Assembly (NCBI RefSeq): GCF_022045235.1
Contig: NW_027266297.1
Location: 72,540,001-72,604,000, forward strand
Direction of reading: 5' to 3'
Origin: Haliotis cracherodii
Lineage: Eukaryota
DNA length: 64,000 bases
Every line of letters starts with the position of its first letter. Position 1 is the first letter of the stretch. A program made the translations under genes and the position numbers. Of this stretch, positions 12,566-26,100 are shown piece after piece. The notes beneath the pieces were generated by a model, which was given only the letters and a program-made list of their open reading frames with translations, was not told the DNA's origin and searched no databases.

Positions 12566-15500
12566 CTATACAATTCTTCCAATGTACTGACACTTGGGAT
12601 GCTGCTGTTGTAGAGTCGGCCATTGAACAAACATGTGGTCTGCAAAATGATAGAGTATCTTGGCCGACAGAGACAGGGACGTCACCCGACACACACTCTC
12701 CACATATACTATCATGGTGCGCTGGAAGTGGAGCCACTGAAACAGTTAATCCATGAAACCATATATAATAAGATTAGGCTGAAAAGATTGTCACTTACAC
12801 AAATCTCCCCTTAACCACTGTAACAGAGAGACTTAAACTGACTTGTTTTTAAACCTGTTGAGTGAGGAGACATTGTGGGATATTTAACGAGTCGACCTAG
12901 AACAGGACAAACTCGCTTGCTCTTTCAGGATACCATATCACATTGACATCAATGCATGATGTTATCTTTAATTATATGTTACAATGACTTTTCATATGAC
13001 ATCACAATGTTGATGGCTGCTTTTCAAAGAATATAACAGATTATATTTCACCAACATGATCGCTCTTTGTGATACTCTCTATACCTTGAGCTAAAGTCCA
13101 GGCAGGCAAACACATTCATATATCATAATGCTAAAGGTTGCTTTGCAAACAATCATACAAATTGTAAATTTTACATTAAATTGGATATTTATAAACTTAT
13201 CCTGTCTCACACTATGCTTTTTCTTCTTTTTTCTTTTGATCCTATGTGGAAACGTGCTTGAACAAGGTTTCCAGCTTCTAAAAACATATCACTCGAACTC
13301 ACCCCTCATCACCATGGTCACCACATAAGCAAATGGGTCATGCAGTGTAATCCGGTGCATAGGGACTTACAAAACATGATCACATGACTACCCCTGCCAT
13401 GTCATTCTCTTTTGTTAGAGCTGACCGACAAGAGGGCTGTAATGTGGGCAAACCAGTCTATGTTCTTGCCTCACCCTTGGTGAAAAACTCCACACCTCCC
13501 TCACATGAAGATACAGCATCCCAATTTGGAAGAGAGAACAGTGTATATGCAGCCAATTCCCTGTAGAATGTGTGACGTGACTGGTGCATTAGCAAGTTGA
13601 TTGCCAAGATGTCTGTACATGTCAATAAGTTAAAACATCAAATCCCTTTACACAAGTAAAAATGCACTCGCCTCAAAAGGGGACTAACGGGTTCGAGTGG
13701 TCAGGCTCAGTGACTTGGAAGATGCAGGTCATTGATCTCAATTGTGTGGATGCTCGATGCTCATGATGTCAATCACTGGATTGTCTGGTCCAGACTCAAT
13801 TGTTTACAGACTGCCGTCACATAGCTAGAATATTGTTGAGTGCGACGTCAAACAACAAACAAACAAAAAGTAAAAATGAGGGCACAAGATCCAGTCGATC
13901 TTGATTTCCTATATCATCTCTCTCTTGAGAGGGGTTAACTTCCTGATCTTGATCATTTATAAGTTGGCAAACAGATTAAATGTAAACTGAGAAGATAGAT
14001 GCAAGTAAGGGAGGGCGATGCCAATGTAGACTGTCATAACATCTCCAAACCAACATAGTTAATCCGATCCAGGTGATGCGTAGATGAAAGAGTGACTGAG
14101 CAATTATACATCGCTTGTTGCAAAATTCCAATAAGATTCAATGATTCTATGAATTAGAATAACCTGTACAATGGGTGCTTTGCTGAATGCTGGAAAACTA
14201 GAAGAAATATTCTGGAGGGCAGAGGTCACTGCCAACAAGAACAATTCCAAGTTCGTCTCAATGGTCCTGTGAGGTAGGTAGCAGCTGTGTAGATGGAGGG
14301 AGCATCACAGGAGGGGTCGGCAAAGTGAGGTAGGTAGCGGCTGTGTAGATGGAGGGAGCATCACAGGAGGGGTCAGCAAAGTGAGGTAGGTAGCGGCTGT
14401 GTAGATGGAGGGAGCATCACAGGAGGGGTCGGCAAAGTGAGGTAGGTAGCGGCTGTGTAGATGGAGGGAGCATCACAGGAGGGGTCAGCAAAGTGAGGTA
14501 GGTAGCGGCTGTGTACATGGAGGGAGCATCACAGGAGGGGTCAGCAAAGTGAGGTAGGTAGCGGCTGTGTAGATGGAGGGAGCATCACAGGAGGGGTCGG
14601 CAAAGTGAGGTAGGTAGCGGCTGTGTAGATGGAGGGAGCATCACAGGAGGGGTCGGCAAAGTGAGGTAGGTAGCGGCTGTGTACATGGAGGGAGCATCAC
14701 AGGAGGGGTCAGCAAAGTGAGGTAGGTAGCGGCTGTGTACATGGAGGGAGCATCACAGGAGGGGTCAGCAAAGTGAGGTAGGTAGCGGCTGTGTACATGG
14801 AGGGAGCATCACAGGAGGGGTCAGCAAAGTGAGGTAGGTAGCGGCTGTGTAGATGGAGGGAGCATCACAGGAGGGGTCAGCAAAGTGAGGTAGGTAGCGG
14901 CTGTGTACATGGAGGGAGCATCACAGGAGGGGTCAGCAAAGTGAGGTAGGTAGCGGCTGTGTACATGGAGGGAGCATCACAGGAGGGGTCAGCAAAGTGA
15001 GGTAGGTAGCGGCTGTGTAGATGGAGGGAGCATCACAGGAGGGGTCAGCAAAGTGAGGTAGGTAGCGGCTGTGTACATGGAGGGAGCATCACAGGAGGGG
15101 TCGGCAAAGTGAGGTAGGTAGCGGCTGTGTAGATGGAGGGAGCATCACAGGAGGGGTCAGCAAAGTGAGGTAGGTAGCGGCTGTGTACATGGAGGGAGCA
15201 TCACAGGAGGGGTCAGCAAAGTGAGGTAGGTAGCAGCTGTGTAGATGGAGGGAGCATCACAGGAGGGGTAGGCAAAGCGAGGTAAGAGGAACCCGAACAA
15301 GAAGCAGAGAAGCCAGGAGTACAGTGCATGACCCATTTGCTTGGGTGGGTGGTGACCGTGGTGATGCTGGGATGTGTTTGGGTGATTTGTTTTTAGAAGC
15401 TGGAAACCTTGTCCCAGCATGTTTCCACATAGGTTCAAAAGAAAAAAGAAGAAATGCATTGTGTGAGATAGGATAAGTTTAAAATCTACATGTCACCGAC

Positions 15501-18500
15501 ACGATGACTTTATCATATTTTGTACACACCTTGAGTAGAAGTCCAGCCAGGCAAACTGGAATACATGTTCCAGGGCCATTACACAAGATCTGCAACAGCA
15601 AAGATGTATGATCAGTTTCTTTTGACAGACCAAGTTACTGAATGATATTTAAGCATACCCCTGGATACGTGATATACCTCTCATATACCTTTTTTTAATT
15701 ATCCAAGGTCAAGGTCACTCAGTATGAACTAGGCATCTAAACAGCTTGCTTACTCAATAACATGAGCCGAGATTACTGAAATTTGACAAAATTGACACAC
15801 CACTAGGGTGTATCAGGTCAGGCTCAACAGGTCACATTATGAAACATGGCTGGAATTTAATTTCAATACACACTAAACTATTATTTTAACAAACTGAAAG
15901 GGACCACTAACTTTAGTTAGTTATGAGCTTTTCGACTGTCAGACATCTTGGATCAAGCCATGTAAGCACAGGTTACTCGATAAATAACAATCACTGGATT
16001 GTCTGGTTCAGACTCAACCATTTACAGACTGCCGTCATATAGCTGGAATATTGCTGAGTGGGGTGATAAACAACAAACAAACTATGCTTGTTCATCTGGA
16101 AAATGACATAAAATATATCACACAAGTAAGTAGTATATCATTGATACAGTTTCATTGACAAACAGACAAAAGCTTTCTGCGAGGTGTCTGCCGTCATAAT
16201 TTTATCAATTCTGAATTTCCCCACTCAAGTCGTCACATTTTAAAGACTGAATATATCCACCCCAAAGGCTATAGTGAAAACTGAGGACAAGGTGTCCCTA
16301 CTTAATCCAGTTAATCCCTTGCCTTCAATTGTTTATGCTACTTTCTACAGTCGCAGGTTCTCACAGATGTTTTGATAGGCTGATTGGCGATACGTGAGCA
16401 GCTCAGAGATAAACATTTCATTATAAACATAGACATTGTCGTTGGCAGAAGGTCGTTTACTCATGTAATTATTGTATGGAAACACTCCTGAAAGATAGCT
16501 CACCGTAGGGGTGAGAAGATACATCAGTGTACCGATGCATCGTGAGTTTTCATATGACGATACAATACTCAACACGTTTTTTAACTGTATCGATACAAGA
16601 TGATACTCTTACTACACACTTGATAACCCCCATTCCAAATAAATTACTCCCTACTCATTTAATGACCTCCCATTCCAGCATTTTGTCAGTCAGATATTGC
16701 AAAATATGCTGTAATTAGCTTTTCATGTTCACTACTAAAAAGAGCTTCTACGAATATGTGTCTTATACATATCTTATCATGACCTTGCTGTATCGTTTCA
16801 CCCACAGTCAGCTTTAACTTGTTCGGTGGCGGCCATGAAGAGTGGAGATGTGACGTCTGCTTCCATATTGGCATGTAAACCTAACCAAACCTTCCAGTTG
16901 CTGATGTTACTGATTCACTATGTGAGATATCACATGGCTTATGTTTTCCAAGGAAAGTCTTTTAGACTGCATCAAGTTTCTGTCTGTTGAGGTAAAGTCA
17001 TGACAAAAGAAATCAACGTATATATTCCCACATTATGGAAACTAATTCACTAGCTGTAGGTAAAACTCAGAAAAAAATGTTGTATCTTATCAGAGAACTT
17101 ACTATTTCTGGTTTCCGTCGGAAGACAACGGGAAAGGTGTAGATGGCAGCGTACAAAGTCGACAGCACTGTGCTCACCCATGACTGTTTCACATGACGAC
17201 TCCGTGGAATTCTTATCACAAAATACTGAAAGCAAAAGATCCTGTTTTTATACATTTGCTTCGCTTTCACATGTTCATTTGCATATCAAGTACATGTCCA
17301 CAAGTGCCATGATGTTGGGGGTCCTGAGATTCTAAGAATAATAATGATGACTGAGACATTCACAAGCCCAATAATGTTATCCTTAGAATAGTTCTGAGAG
17401 TGATCCTGGCACAACAAAGGGATGCAACTCTGCCACTCTTACCAACCCTGGTTTATAGCTACTGTGATTAAATAGTGACAAAAGAAACAAGCAGCATTTG
17501 TATCCATCATCACAGTGAGTGAACGGGTATGGTTTTACGCCGCTTTTAGCAATATTCCAGCAATATATTGTTACCCCATTGTTACCCCATCACATCCTCC
17601 ATCACAGCATGTTTCACCCCGATAACCAGGGATTTTGACCCAAAAAGCTGTACAGTGAGTGAGTGAGTGAGTGAGTGAGTGAGTGAGTGAGGTTTTGCGC
17701 CGCTTTAAGCAATATTCCTGCAATATCACGGTGGGGGACACCAGAAATGGGCACCACAGATTGTACCCATGTCGGGAACCCAGGTCTTCGGTGTGATGAG
17801 CAAACGCTTTAACCACTAGGCTACCCGACCGCCCCTTGAACTCTAGTAGTTTTCAGTTCAGAATAAATGGTGCAAGAGAGGTAAACAATATTATTCAAGC
17901 AAATACGACTGCCAGAGCCTAAAAGAAACTATAATTTATTAGTTTGCAAAAGAATTATGCCTACCAGTTGTCTAGGAATGCAACTTCAAAAGTTTTGTTT
18001 TGTTTGTTTGTTGTTTAACGCCACACTCAGCATTATTCCAGTTCTATAATGGCGGTCTGTAAATAATTGAGTCTGAAGCATACATTCCAGTGATTGACAT
18101 CATGAACATCGATCCACGCAATTGGTATACAATGACATGCATCAACCAAGTCAGCAAGTCTGACCACCCGATCATGTTAGTCACCTCTTATGACAAGCAT
18201 GTGCTTAAGACCTATTCTACCCCGGATCTTCACATGTCTACTTCAATAGTAGATGACTGATGCTACAAACCTGAGACTGTTCCTGCTCTTCTTTCCGACT
18301 CTCTTCCAAGGCATGGACTTTATGTTCACTCATCTTGTCGGTGTCTGCAATAACGTAGTACCTGGGCGAGTAGTGGCTCCCCAGCTGTCGCACCAGACAC
18401 AGGACTTCTCTCGTGTGACCTCCTATAATCCAAACATTCAGTGTTAATGCTAGATTACACCAGTGGGGGAAATCTTCAAATTTAATGGGTTGGTTTCTCT

Positions 18501-19020
18501 GGCACATAGCTTCATTCTGGGAGCTATGGTTGATTAATGTTGTGATAACTTTGAATGTAGAATGTGCTAATTGGTTAATCATAAGGATGTTGATGGATGT
18601 CTTTCTATATAGAATCACACAGATCATCACATACCACACAAACCACTTAACATTTACTTGGTCATCATGCAAAGATTACACTACGTTTCCCCCAACCTAT
18701 AATAATATCATAATAATAATAATAATAATAACAATAATAATATTAATAAGGGGGTCCTTTATGGCACTCATACATCATTCCCAATTGTGTGTCAGCATTG
18801 AAGTACTGATGACCTATTTTAATATAAATTATTACCACAGATTAAATACAGAAGCTGGTATATTACCTGAACCTACCACTACCATCAAGGAAGCTGAAGC
18901 TTTTCTCTTGCCTGCATTTAATGGATTGTGTGTTCCATTTACTTTTACAAAATGTATTCTATACAGAAGATATGTCAGAATACACACAGGAACAAGAATG
19001 AGAAATATAAACACGTCCAT
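12566..19020 (-). CDS. ALG14: UDP-N-acetylglucosamine transferase subunit ALG14, 5 coding exons, 219 aa
   Basis: Exons 19020-18867, 18422-18271, 17225-17103, 15589-15530, 12736-12566. Motifs VVGSGGHT, YSPRYYVIADTDKMS, IPRSRHVKQSW, LCNGPGTCIPVC, VYVESVCRVTSLSLSAKIL, FVQWP, YIGRIV-stop. Confidence 0.95.
13150..15485 (-). mobile_element. DIRS1-like retrotransposon relic in ALG14 intron 4
   Basis: Inverted repeats at 13194-13350 and 15318-15480 (AAACTTATCCTGTCTCACAC...CCTATGTGGAAAC...CCAGCTTCTAAAAAC) homologous to the ITRs of the 30812-33108 element. Possible decayed recombinase motif LFLLAVTSA on the minus strand near 14200-14250. Contains a family B SINE (13668-13865) and a 56-bp array. Confidence 0.65.
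14269..15276. repeat. 56-bp minisatellite, 18 copies
   Basis: Unit GTGAGGTAGGTAGCGGCTGTGTAGATGGAGGGAGCATCACAGGAGGGGTCAGCAAA, highly homogeneous. Confidence 0.97.
15985..16082 (+). mobile_element. SINE-like family B, 3' fragment
   Basis: AATCACTGGATTGTCTGG...GCCGTCATATAGCTGGAATATTGCTGAG followed by AAAC tail. Confidence 0.7.
17655..17835 (-). mobile_element. tRNA-derived SINE, family A, with (ACTC)n tail
   Basis: (GAGT)n run followed by the reverse complement of the family A body and tRNA-like head. Confidence 0.85.
17995..18235 (-). mobile_element. SINE-like family B, near full length
   Basis: Reverse complement runs from GTGAAGATCCGGGGTAGAATAGGTCTT through to the AAAC tail. Confidence 0.8.
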
Positions 19021-19289
19021 CTTTAAACTATTTCCATAAATCACAAAGCTACGTGCATCCACATGTTCTCAGCTGTTCTACTAAGGGTAGACAACTCATT
19101 TATTCAAAAGGGAGACAACCGTGAATCGGATTAATCCAAAACAAAGAGTTCATGCATCAATTGTAATATGCTGTTTGAATCTATGGGGTCATACCTACAA
19201 AGAATGTAAGAATATTGCTCTTCCGTCGATAACGTGAGGCACCAATTGAGACGAAAGGCAATATTCGACATATTTTGGTTCATACATAC

Positions 19290-19400
19290 CGCGTCATGCG
19301 TCGTTTACTTCCTTTTACTGTGACTTCCGGAAACTAACGTGGCTTCACAGAAGAGCACCTGTCAAAATGCGGAATAATGCATCTATGATTGTGTAGGTCC
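19290..19400. promoter_or_regulatory. Probable bidirectional promoter between ALG14 and TLCD4
   Basis: ETS-type ACTTCCGGAA at 19323-19332 and a second ACTTCC near 19307. A minus-strand donor GTATGT at 19289 suggests an ALG14 5'UTR exon here. Confidence 0.45.
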
Positions 19401-20173
19401 TTTTGATGAGGGTTTTGAATTAAACAGAGGTTGAAATGCAGAAACATGATTACGATGTTGTCATTGTGTGCATTAATTCATAAATTAGGCATGTGATCAG
19501 CGTGATCTAAACACTTGAGGGGGACACACGTCTGAGGAAATGACATAAACATTCATGACAAGATATTTAGGGCAAAGGTCTGAGCTACGAGTCAGCTGAT
19601 AAAACCAGGCCAGTGTAGAAACATCAACGTAGCACCTATTATCTTATCTCTACACTACACGAATTCAGTAGAGTAACAGGACACGTAAAGATATCACCTG
19701 GCAGTCGTACATAAGTCCCGAAATCTGTTGCAACACATGCATTGTTGTCAGTAGTGCCCACGTTCTTCAATCTTAGTTTATTTAACAGGTAATGTTTGTG
19801 GAAAAGTTGTTTCAGTTATATGTAATTCCTTTGTATAATGATTCTGATACCTGGTTGCTAACAGAATGGTTGCCAACCCCTTTGGCTTAATACATAATAT
19901 ATAGCTTTTTCTAGACATGTGCCTTGTAAAGGTCACCAATTCTGTAATAGAATTCGACTTTTTTTACTTTGAAACTAACGATGACCATGATAATGCCAAG
20001 TTGTACTTGAGATGCTTAGATATTCCCACTGAACATTAATTAATGTGTAATAATGTACTAGCTTATGTCATAAATATTAGTCATTGAGGTGGCGTTTATC
20101 ACCATGTCTGGACTTCTGAAGTTTGTCATGAGCACTTTATTCATTTCAGATCTGCAATGCTAACTTCGAACAA

Positions 20174-23100
20174 ATGATGGGTCGCAGAATTGAGGTGATC
20201 GCATTTGATACAACCTATTACCCATTTGCATTCGCAAGCTGTGCATTTTTCCTGTGTATTTATAAATATGTCTCCCCATCGCTGTCACTGCGAATGTGTG
20301 AAGGGTACAGGAATATGCCACTGGCAAAACAAATTGACTGGAATACAAGGTAAGTCAATGATACTTCAGTTTAGCAGTTTGTATTACAACATTGTTTATG
20401 TTTCTATAAATCTTGACCTCATTACTGATTGTTATAAAAATCCTTTTTTCATTATATATGTAGAATATCACTGGTAATATGTTCATACAGTTGTTTCATC
20501 AGTTAATAGTAATTGACAACTATTGATTCAGTAAGATATTGGGTAGTACTGGATTGGTTTGGTTGGTTTGTTCTTTACGCCGCACTCAGCAGTATTCCAG
20601 CTATATGACGGCGGTCTGTAAATAATCGAGTCTGGACCAGACAATCCAGTGATTAATACCATGAGCATCGATCCACGCAATTGAGATCGATGACATGCTT
20701 CAACCAAGTCAGCGAAGATAAATTCTCACCATGTGTTTTTTATGTGAGTTGATAAAATTGCTTTGACAAGTTGAACAAAGATTTTTACTATTTTTGTCAT
20801 ATTTCTTCGTTGGTATTATTTTCCTAAATTCAGCGGTAGAAACTACAATTTTTAGTCCACTAGTCCTTATAATGATAACAAATAGCAAAACACTTAAAAA
20901 TGGCATATTTCTACTAGTCCTTATGATACCTTAACTGTTGGGCAGTTTGGCAAGGACTACAGGACTAGTGCCAATTTCTAACCCTGAAATTGATAAATTA
21001 AGTCGGTACAACATGTAAGAACACATTGGAATTTACATGTTAACATGTGTTCAATAAAATTATAAATACCAGCCCCTAAATAAATCTACAAGTTTGTTTA
21101 CAAATTAAATGGAGTTTCCATCCATGGATAGAGTGAACTATCAGTTTCTTTAGGAAGAATATGTTCTGGTACGTTGATCACAGTAATCAGGGGAAGTAGG
21201 CCTTGCTAGCCCTTACCCCACACCTATACAGTTTCAGCAACAAGAGATCAGATGATATGATAGGTAGGCCTTGCTAGCCCTTACCCCACACCTATACAGT
21301 TTCAGCAACAAGAGATCAGATGATATGATAGGTAGGCCTTGCTAGCCCTTACCCCACACCTATACAGTTTCAGCAACAAGAGATCAGATGATATGATAGG
21401 TAGGCCTTGCTAGCCCTTACCCCACACCTATACAGTTTCAGCAACAAGAGATCAGATGATATGATAGGTAGGCCTTGCTAGCCCTTACCCCACACCTATA
21501 CAGTTTCAGCAACAAGAGATCAGATGATATGATAGGTAGGCCTTGCTAGCCCTTACCCCACACCTATTCAGTTTCAGCAACAAGAGATCAGATGATATGA
21601 TAGGTAGGCCTTGCTAGCCCTTACCCCACACCTATACAGTTTCAGCAACAAGAGATCAGATGATATGATAGGTAGGCCTTGCTAGCCCTTACCCCACACC
21701 TATACAGTTTCAGCAACAAGAGATCAGATGATATGATAGGTAGGCCTTGCTAGCCCTTACCCCACACCTATTCAGTTTCAGCAACAAGAGATCAGATGAT
21801 ATGATAGGTAGGCCTTGCTAGCCCTTACCCCACACCTATTCAGTTTCAGCAACAAGAGATCAGATGATATGATAGGTAGGCCTTGCTAGCCCTTACCCCA
21901 CACCTATTCAGTTTCAGCAACAAGAGATCAGATGATATGATAGGTAGGCCTTGCTAGCCCTTACCCCACATCTATACAGTTTCAGCAACAAGAGATCAGA
22001 TGATATGATAGGTAGGCCTTGCTAGCCCTTACCCCACACCTACACAGTTTCAGCAACAAGAGATCAGATGATATGATAGGTAGGCCTTGCTAGCCCTTAC
22101 CCCACACCTATACAGTTTCAGCAACAAAAGATCAGATGATATGATAGGTAGGCCTTGCTAGCCCTTACCCCACACCTATACAGTTTCAGCAACAAGAGAT
22201 CAGATGATATGATAGGTAGGCCTTGCTAGCCCTTACCCCACACCTATACAGTTTCAGCAACAAAAGATCAGATTATATCATAGGTAGGCCTTGCTAGCCC
22301 TTACCCCACACCTATACAGTTTCAGCAACAAGAGATCAGATGATATGATAGGTAGGCCTTGCTAGCCCTTACCCCACACCTATACAGTTTCAGCAACAAA
22401 AGATCAGATTATATCATAGGTAGGCCTTGCTAGCCCTTACCCCACACCTATACAGTTTCAGCAACAAAAGATCAGATTATATCATAGGTAGGCCTTGCTA
22501 GCCCTTACCCCACACCTATACAGTTTCAGCAACAAAAGATCAGATGATATGATAAGTAGGCCTTGCTAGCCCTTACCCCACACCTATACAGTTTCAGCAA
22601 CAAGAGATCAGATGATTTGATAGGTAGGCCTTGCTAGCCCTTACCCCACACCTATACAGTTTCAGCAACAAAAGATCATATGATATGATAGGTAGGCCTT
22701 GCTAGCCCTTACCCCACACCTATACAGTTTCAGCAACAAGAGATCAGATGATATGATAGGTAGGCCTTGTTAGTCCTTACACCACACCTATACAGTTTCA
22801 GCAACAAAAGATCAGATGATATGATAGGTAGGCCTTGCTAGCCCTTACCCCACACCTATACAGTTTCAGCAACAAGAGATCAGATGATATGATAGGTAGG
22901 CCTTGTTAGTCCTTACACCACACCTATACAGTTTCAGCAACAAAAGATCATATGATATGATAGGTAGGCCTTGCTAGCCCTTACCCCACACCTATACAGT
23001 TTCAGCAACAAGAGATCATATGATATGATATGTGGTGGGTTTTCATTGAGTTGTCTCTTTATCTTTGCATTATCTAGCGAACTAGAACATGGACAGAGCC

Positions 23101-26100
23101 CTGAACGTTAGTTGACTGAGATATTATTACCGTATTCGACGTAATAAGCGCCCACGGCGATATTTGCTAATATATTGGCTGGTGAACAATCCCAATTAGC
23201 ACCCCTTCCGATTGATCAATGTACACAAGACCTATTTATTCGTGTATAATACGCACTCATGTGTAATATGCACCCTCAATTATGGGCAATTAAATTCTGG
23301 AAAAATATATCTTTCATATATAAACATTTCAGGCTGTCAGCATAAACAACAAAATTTATCTTTTAACTCTGTTTTTTTTTCACCAAAATAATATTCTAAT
23401 AAGAGCCCCCATTTTGGATTTTGAGAGCATCCTGGGCGCTTATTACGTCGAATACTGTAATCACTTTTATTGAGTCTGTAGATCCCCAACATTTTCAGTT
23501 CATTTGTTTCCGTCAGATTTTCTAAAGAATAGGGATATTAAGATAGTGTTTCTTTTACTACCGTATATCGCCGTCTCTAAAGCTGTACAAGCCTTCAAAA
23601 TCGAAGCTAATTTATATACACAATCTATAAAGCGAATCAGAATGAAGCAGGTCACCAGCGCATACACACCCCTACATTTCCAATAAAAATGTGTTTGTCT
23701 TCAACAGAAAAAAAATATGTCGTATCCAGTCTGCTAATTAAGTACAGATTTGTTGACCTGGTATTTCTGCTCACAGTAATGTTTTTGTGTTGGGGAAAAA
23801 AATCAAAACACTTCAACCCCGTGTATAAGACGACCCCCCTTAATTCTAGGTACGAAAAACTCGCCTTATACACAACGATATACAGTATACTAGTTCTATA
23901 AACAAGGGTGTTATTGTCATTGGGCTTGATTTAGCTACATATAGCATGCACCAGTGCAACCTAGTATTTATGTCAACATGCCCCAACCCTTACTTGTCCT
24001 CACAACATTGATCTTTGAACACATTCTATACCTTGAGGCTTTATTCACCCTACTACATCAATGATCCCTGTGTTATGTGTAATTTGTCATGCTTTTTGGG
24101 GCTTGATGTCATCAAACTGTGGGTACTTCGAAATTATGTGCACATTTCAACTTTGATAAAATGGTGGGACGAGGATGCAACCTGGTTTTGTCTGGTGCAA
24201 CTAGGTTTTCATGTCAATGTTTACCTGTGCAAGTTAAATCAAGTTCCTTAATTCAAGTCACATGTCATTATTGTTTTTTAAAATAATATTCTGTTTCTTC
24301 CTTGGTGATGAAGCAACAAAAATTGATACATTTTTATCCCACCATCAAACGCATCTTTGGGGGCGGTTGGATAGCCTAGTGGTTAAAGCGTTCGCTTGTC
24401 ACACCGAAGACCTGGGCTCGATTCCCGACATGGGTAGAATGTGTGAAGCCCATTTCTGTTGTTCCCCGCCATTATATTACTGGAATATTGCTAATAAGTG
24501 ACAAGCGAACACTTCAACCACTAGGCTACCGACCCCCCATCATCTCAGCTAGTAATAGTTAATATAATACTGAGAATTTTGCGAAGTGCTATGTTCAGGC
24601 ACAGACCTATATAACAAGTTATACAAGTCCGTGGTTCAAGCTAGTAGTCTGAAAGTTTTTGGCACAAACTAACACAATATTCAATTCTGTGAGACCGCCA
24701 TTGCTGGGAGTCGTTCACATTCCTGTATCCATTTTAGTTTTCGACATTGTTCTGCAGTTACAGGTTGGTGTAACTTTCTAACACTGCTTGTTCCATGGTT
24801 TGATTCCAGAGTAAACTCAACCCTCCATTCTGCCATTGTTAGCTGTATGTGTGTGTACTCACTTGTCTACGACAATGAAATCAGTGAAGATCCTATTTGG
24901 TGAGTACTCCGTCATACCTGGGAACTCATCCTCAGTCATCCAGGGTATTATACCTCTTCTGTCATTAATAACCTGGACCAATTCACTACCATAGAGTCGG
25001 ACATGACGCTTAAATAGACGTCCCATAAGATTATGCTCATGGGCAAGAGAAATTCTATGCAAAGTTACTGTTAGGGTGTGTGACAGCGTGAAGCTATGGT
25101 AGCTTAGTCCATGGTATTTATCATCAAAGAAAGGAGATATAATAACATGGATAATATAATAAAGGATGCAGGTAAAAAAGTTCCAAAATATTTTAAGCGC
25201 ATATGAGTAATAAGATTTCTTGCTGCTTTTGAATTTGGGTTGTGTGATTTGAGAAGATGTTTTTGTTGGTAGATATACATAATGTGGTGAAAATAGTTAC
25301 AATTTGACCAACAGTTGTGTTTTATTTTATACAGGGACTAGGTTTAGGCAAATATTCCAATGTTTTTCCCTTATTGTTAATGTGTACAAATTAATGATAA
25401 CGAATCACAGTCGTCAGTTTAATTCATACTTTGTTTTTGAAGTAAGTAAATTGTGTTGACATTTTGAAGAAATACTGTTTGAAGGAATGTTATGAGAATG
25501 TAGAATAATTTCTTGTATTAATTTAATAAAACATGTTAAGTAAGATCTTAATTTTCTAAAATTGTGCACTTGTGTTGTGCTGATGGTGTTAATGTTACTC
25601 AGATGTGCTGCATCTGTCTTGCGTTAGAACTATCATGTTTTCATACCGATACTTCTGCAATTAATTGTTATTCGTTTATGTTTCTTATTCAGCTTTTTTA
25701 TCTAGTGACTTATCCATGCCATTATTGCAGGTGCGATGCCCCCATGGTTAGAACTAGCTGTGCAATATTGTTTGGATACATGGCTTCTGGTATGTGCTCT
25801 GCTTGTATTTGATACTGCATGTGGTCCTGCTAAGTATTGTCATTGGAGCTGTATATAGAGATTCTATACATTTATAGACGAGTGTTATATTTGATATCAA
25901 AAGACACAAGGGTGAAATTCTATTTATCATCCAAGATCATTCATCCACCTTTTTTCCTAATAACTAGTGTCTTGATTGTGAAAAGAAGCTAACCAGCTTT
26001 ACTGGCAGAGAGATTAGTGATGTAATTCCATTGTGATGTCGTAACCGATGACACCACAATGGTTTGTACATTGTAATGCAATTTCATTAAAGAAATATCT

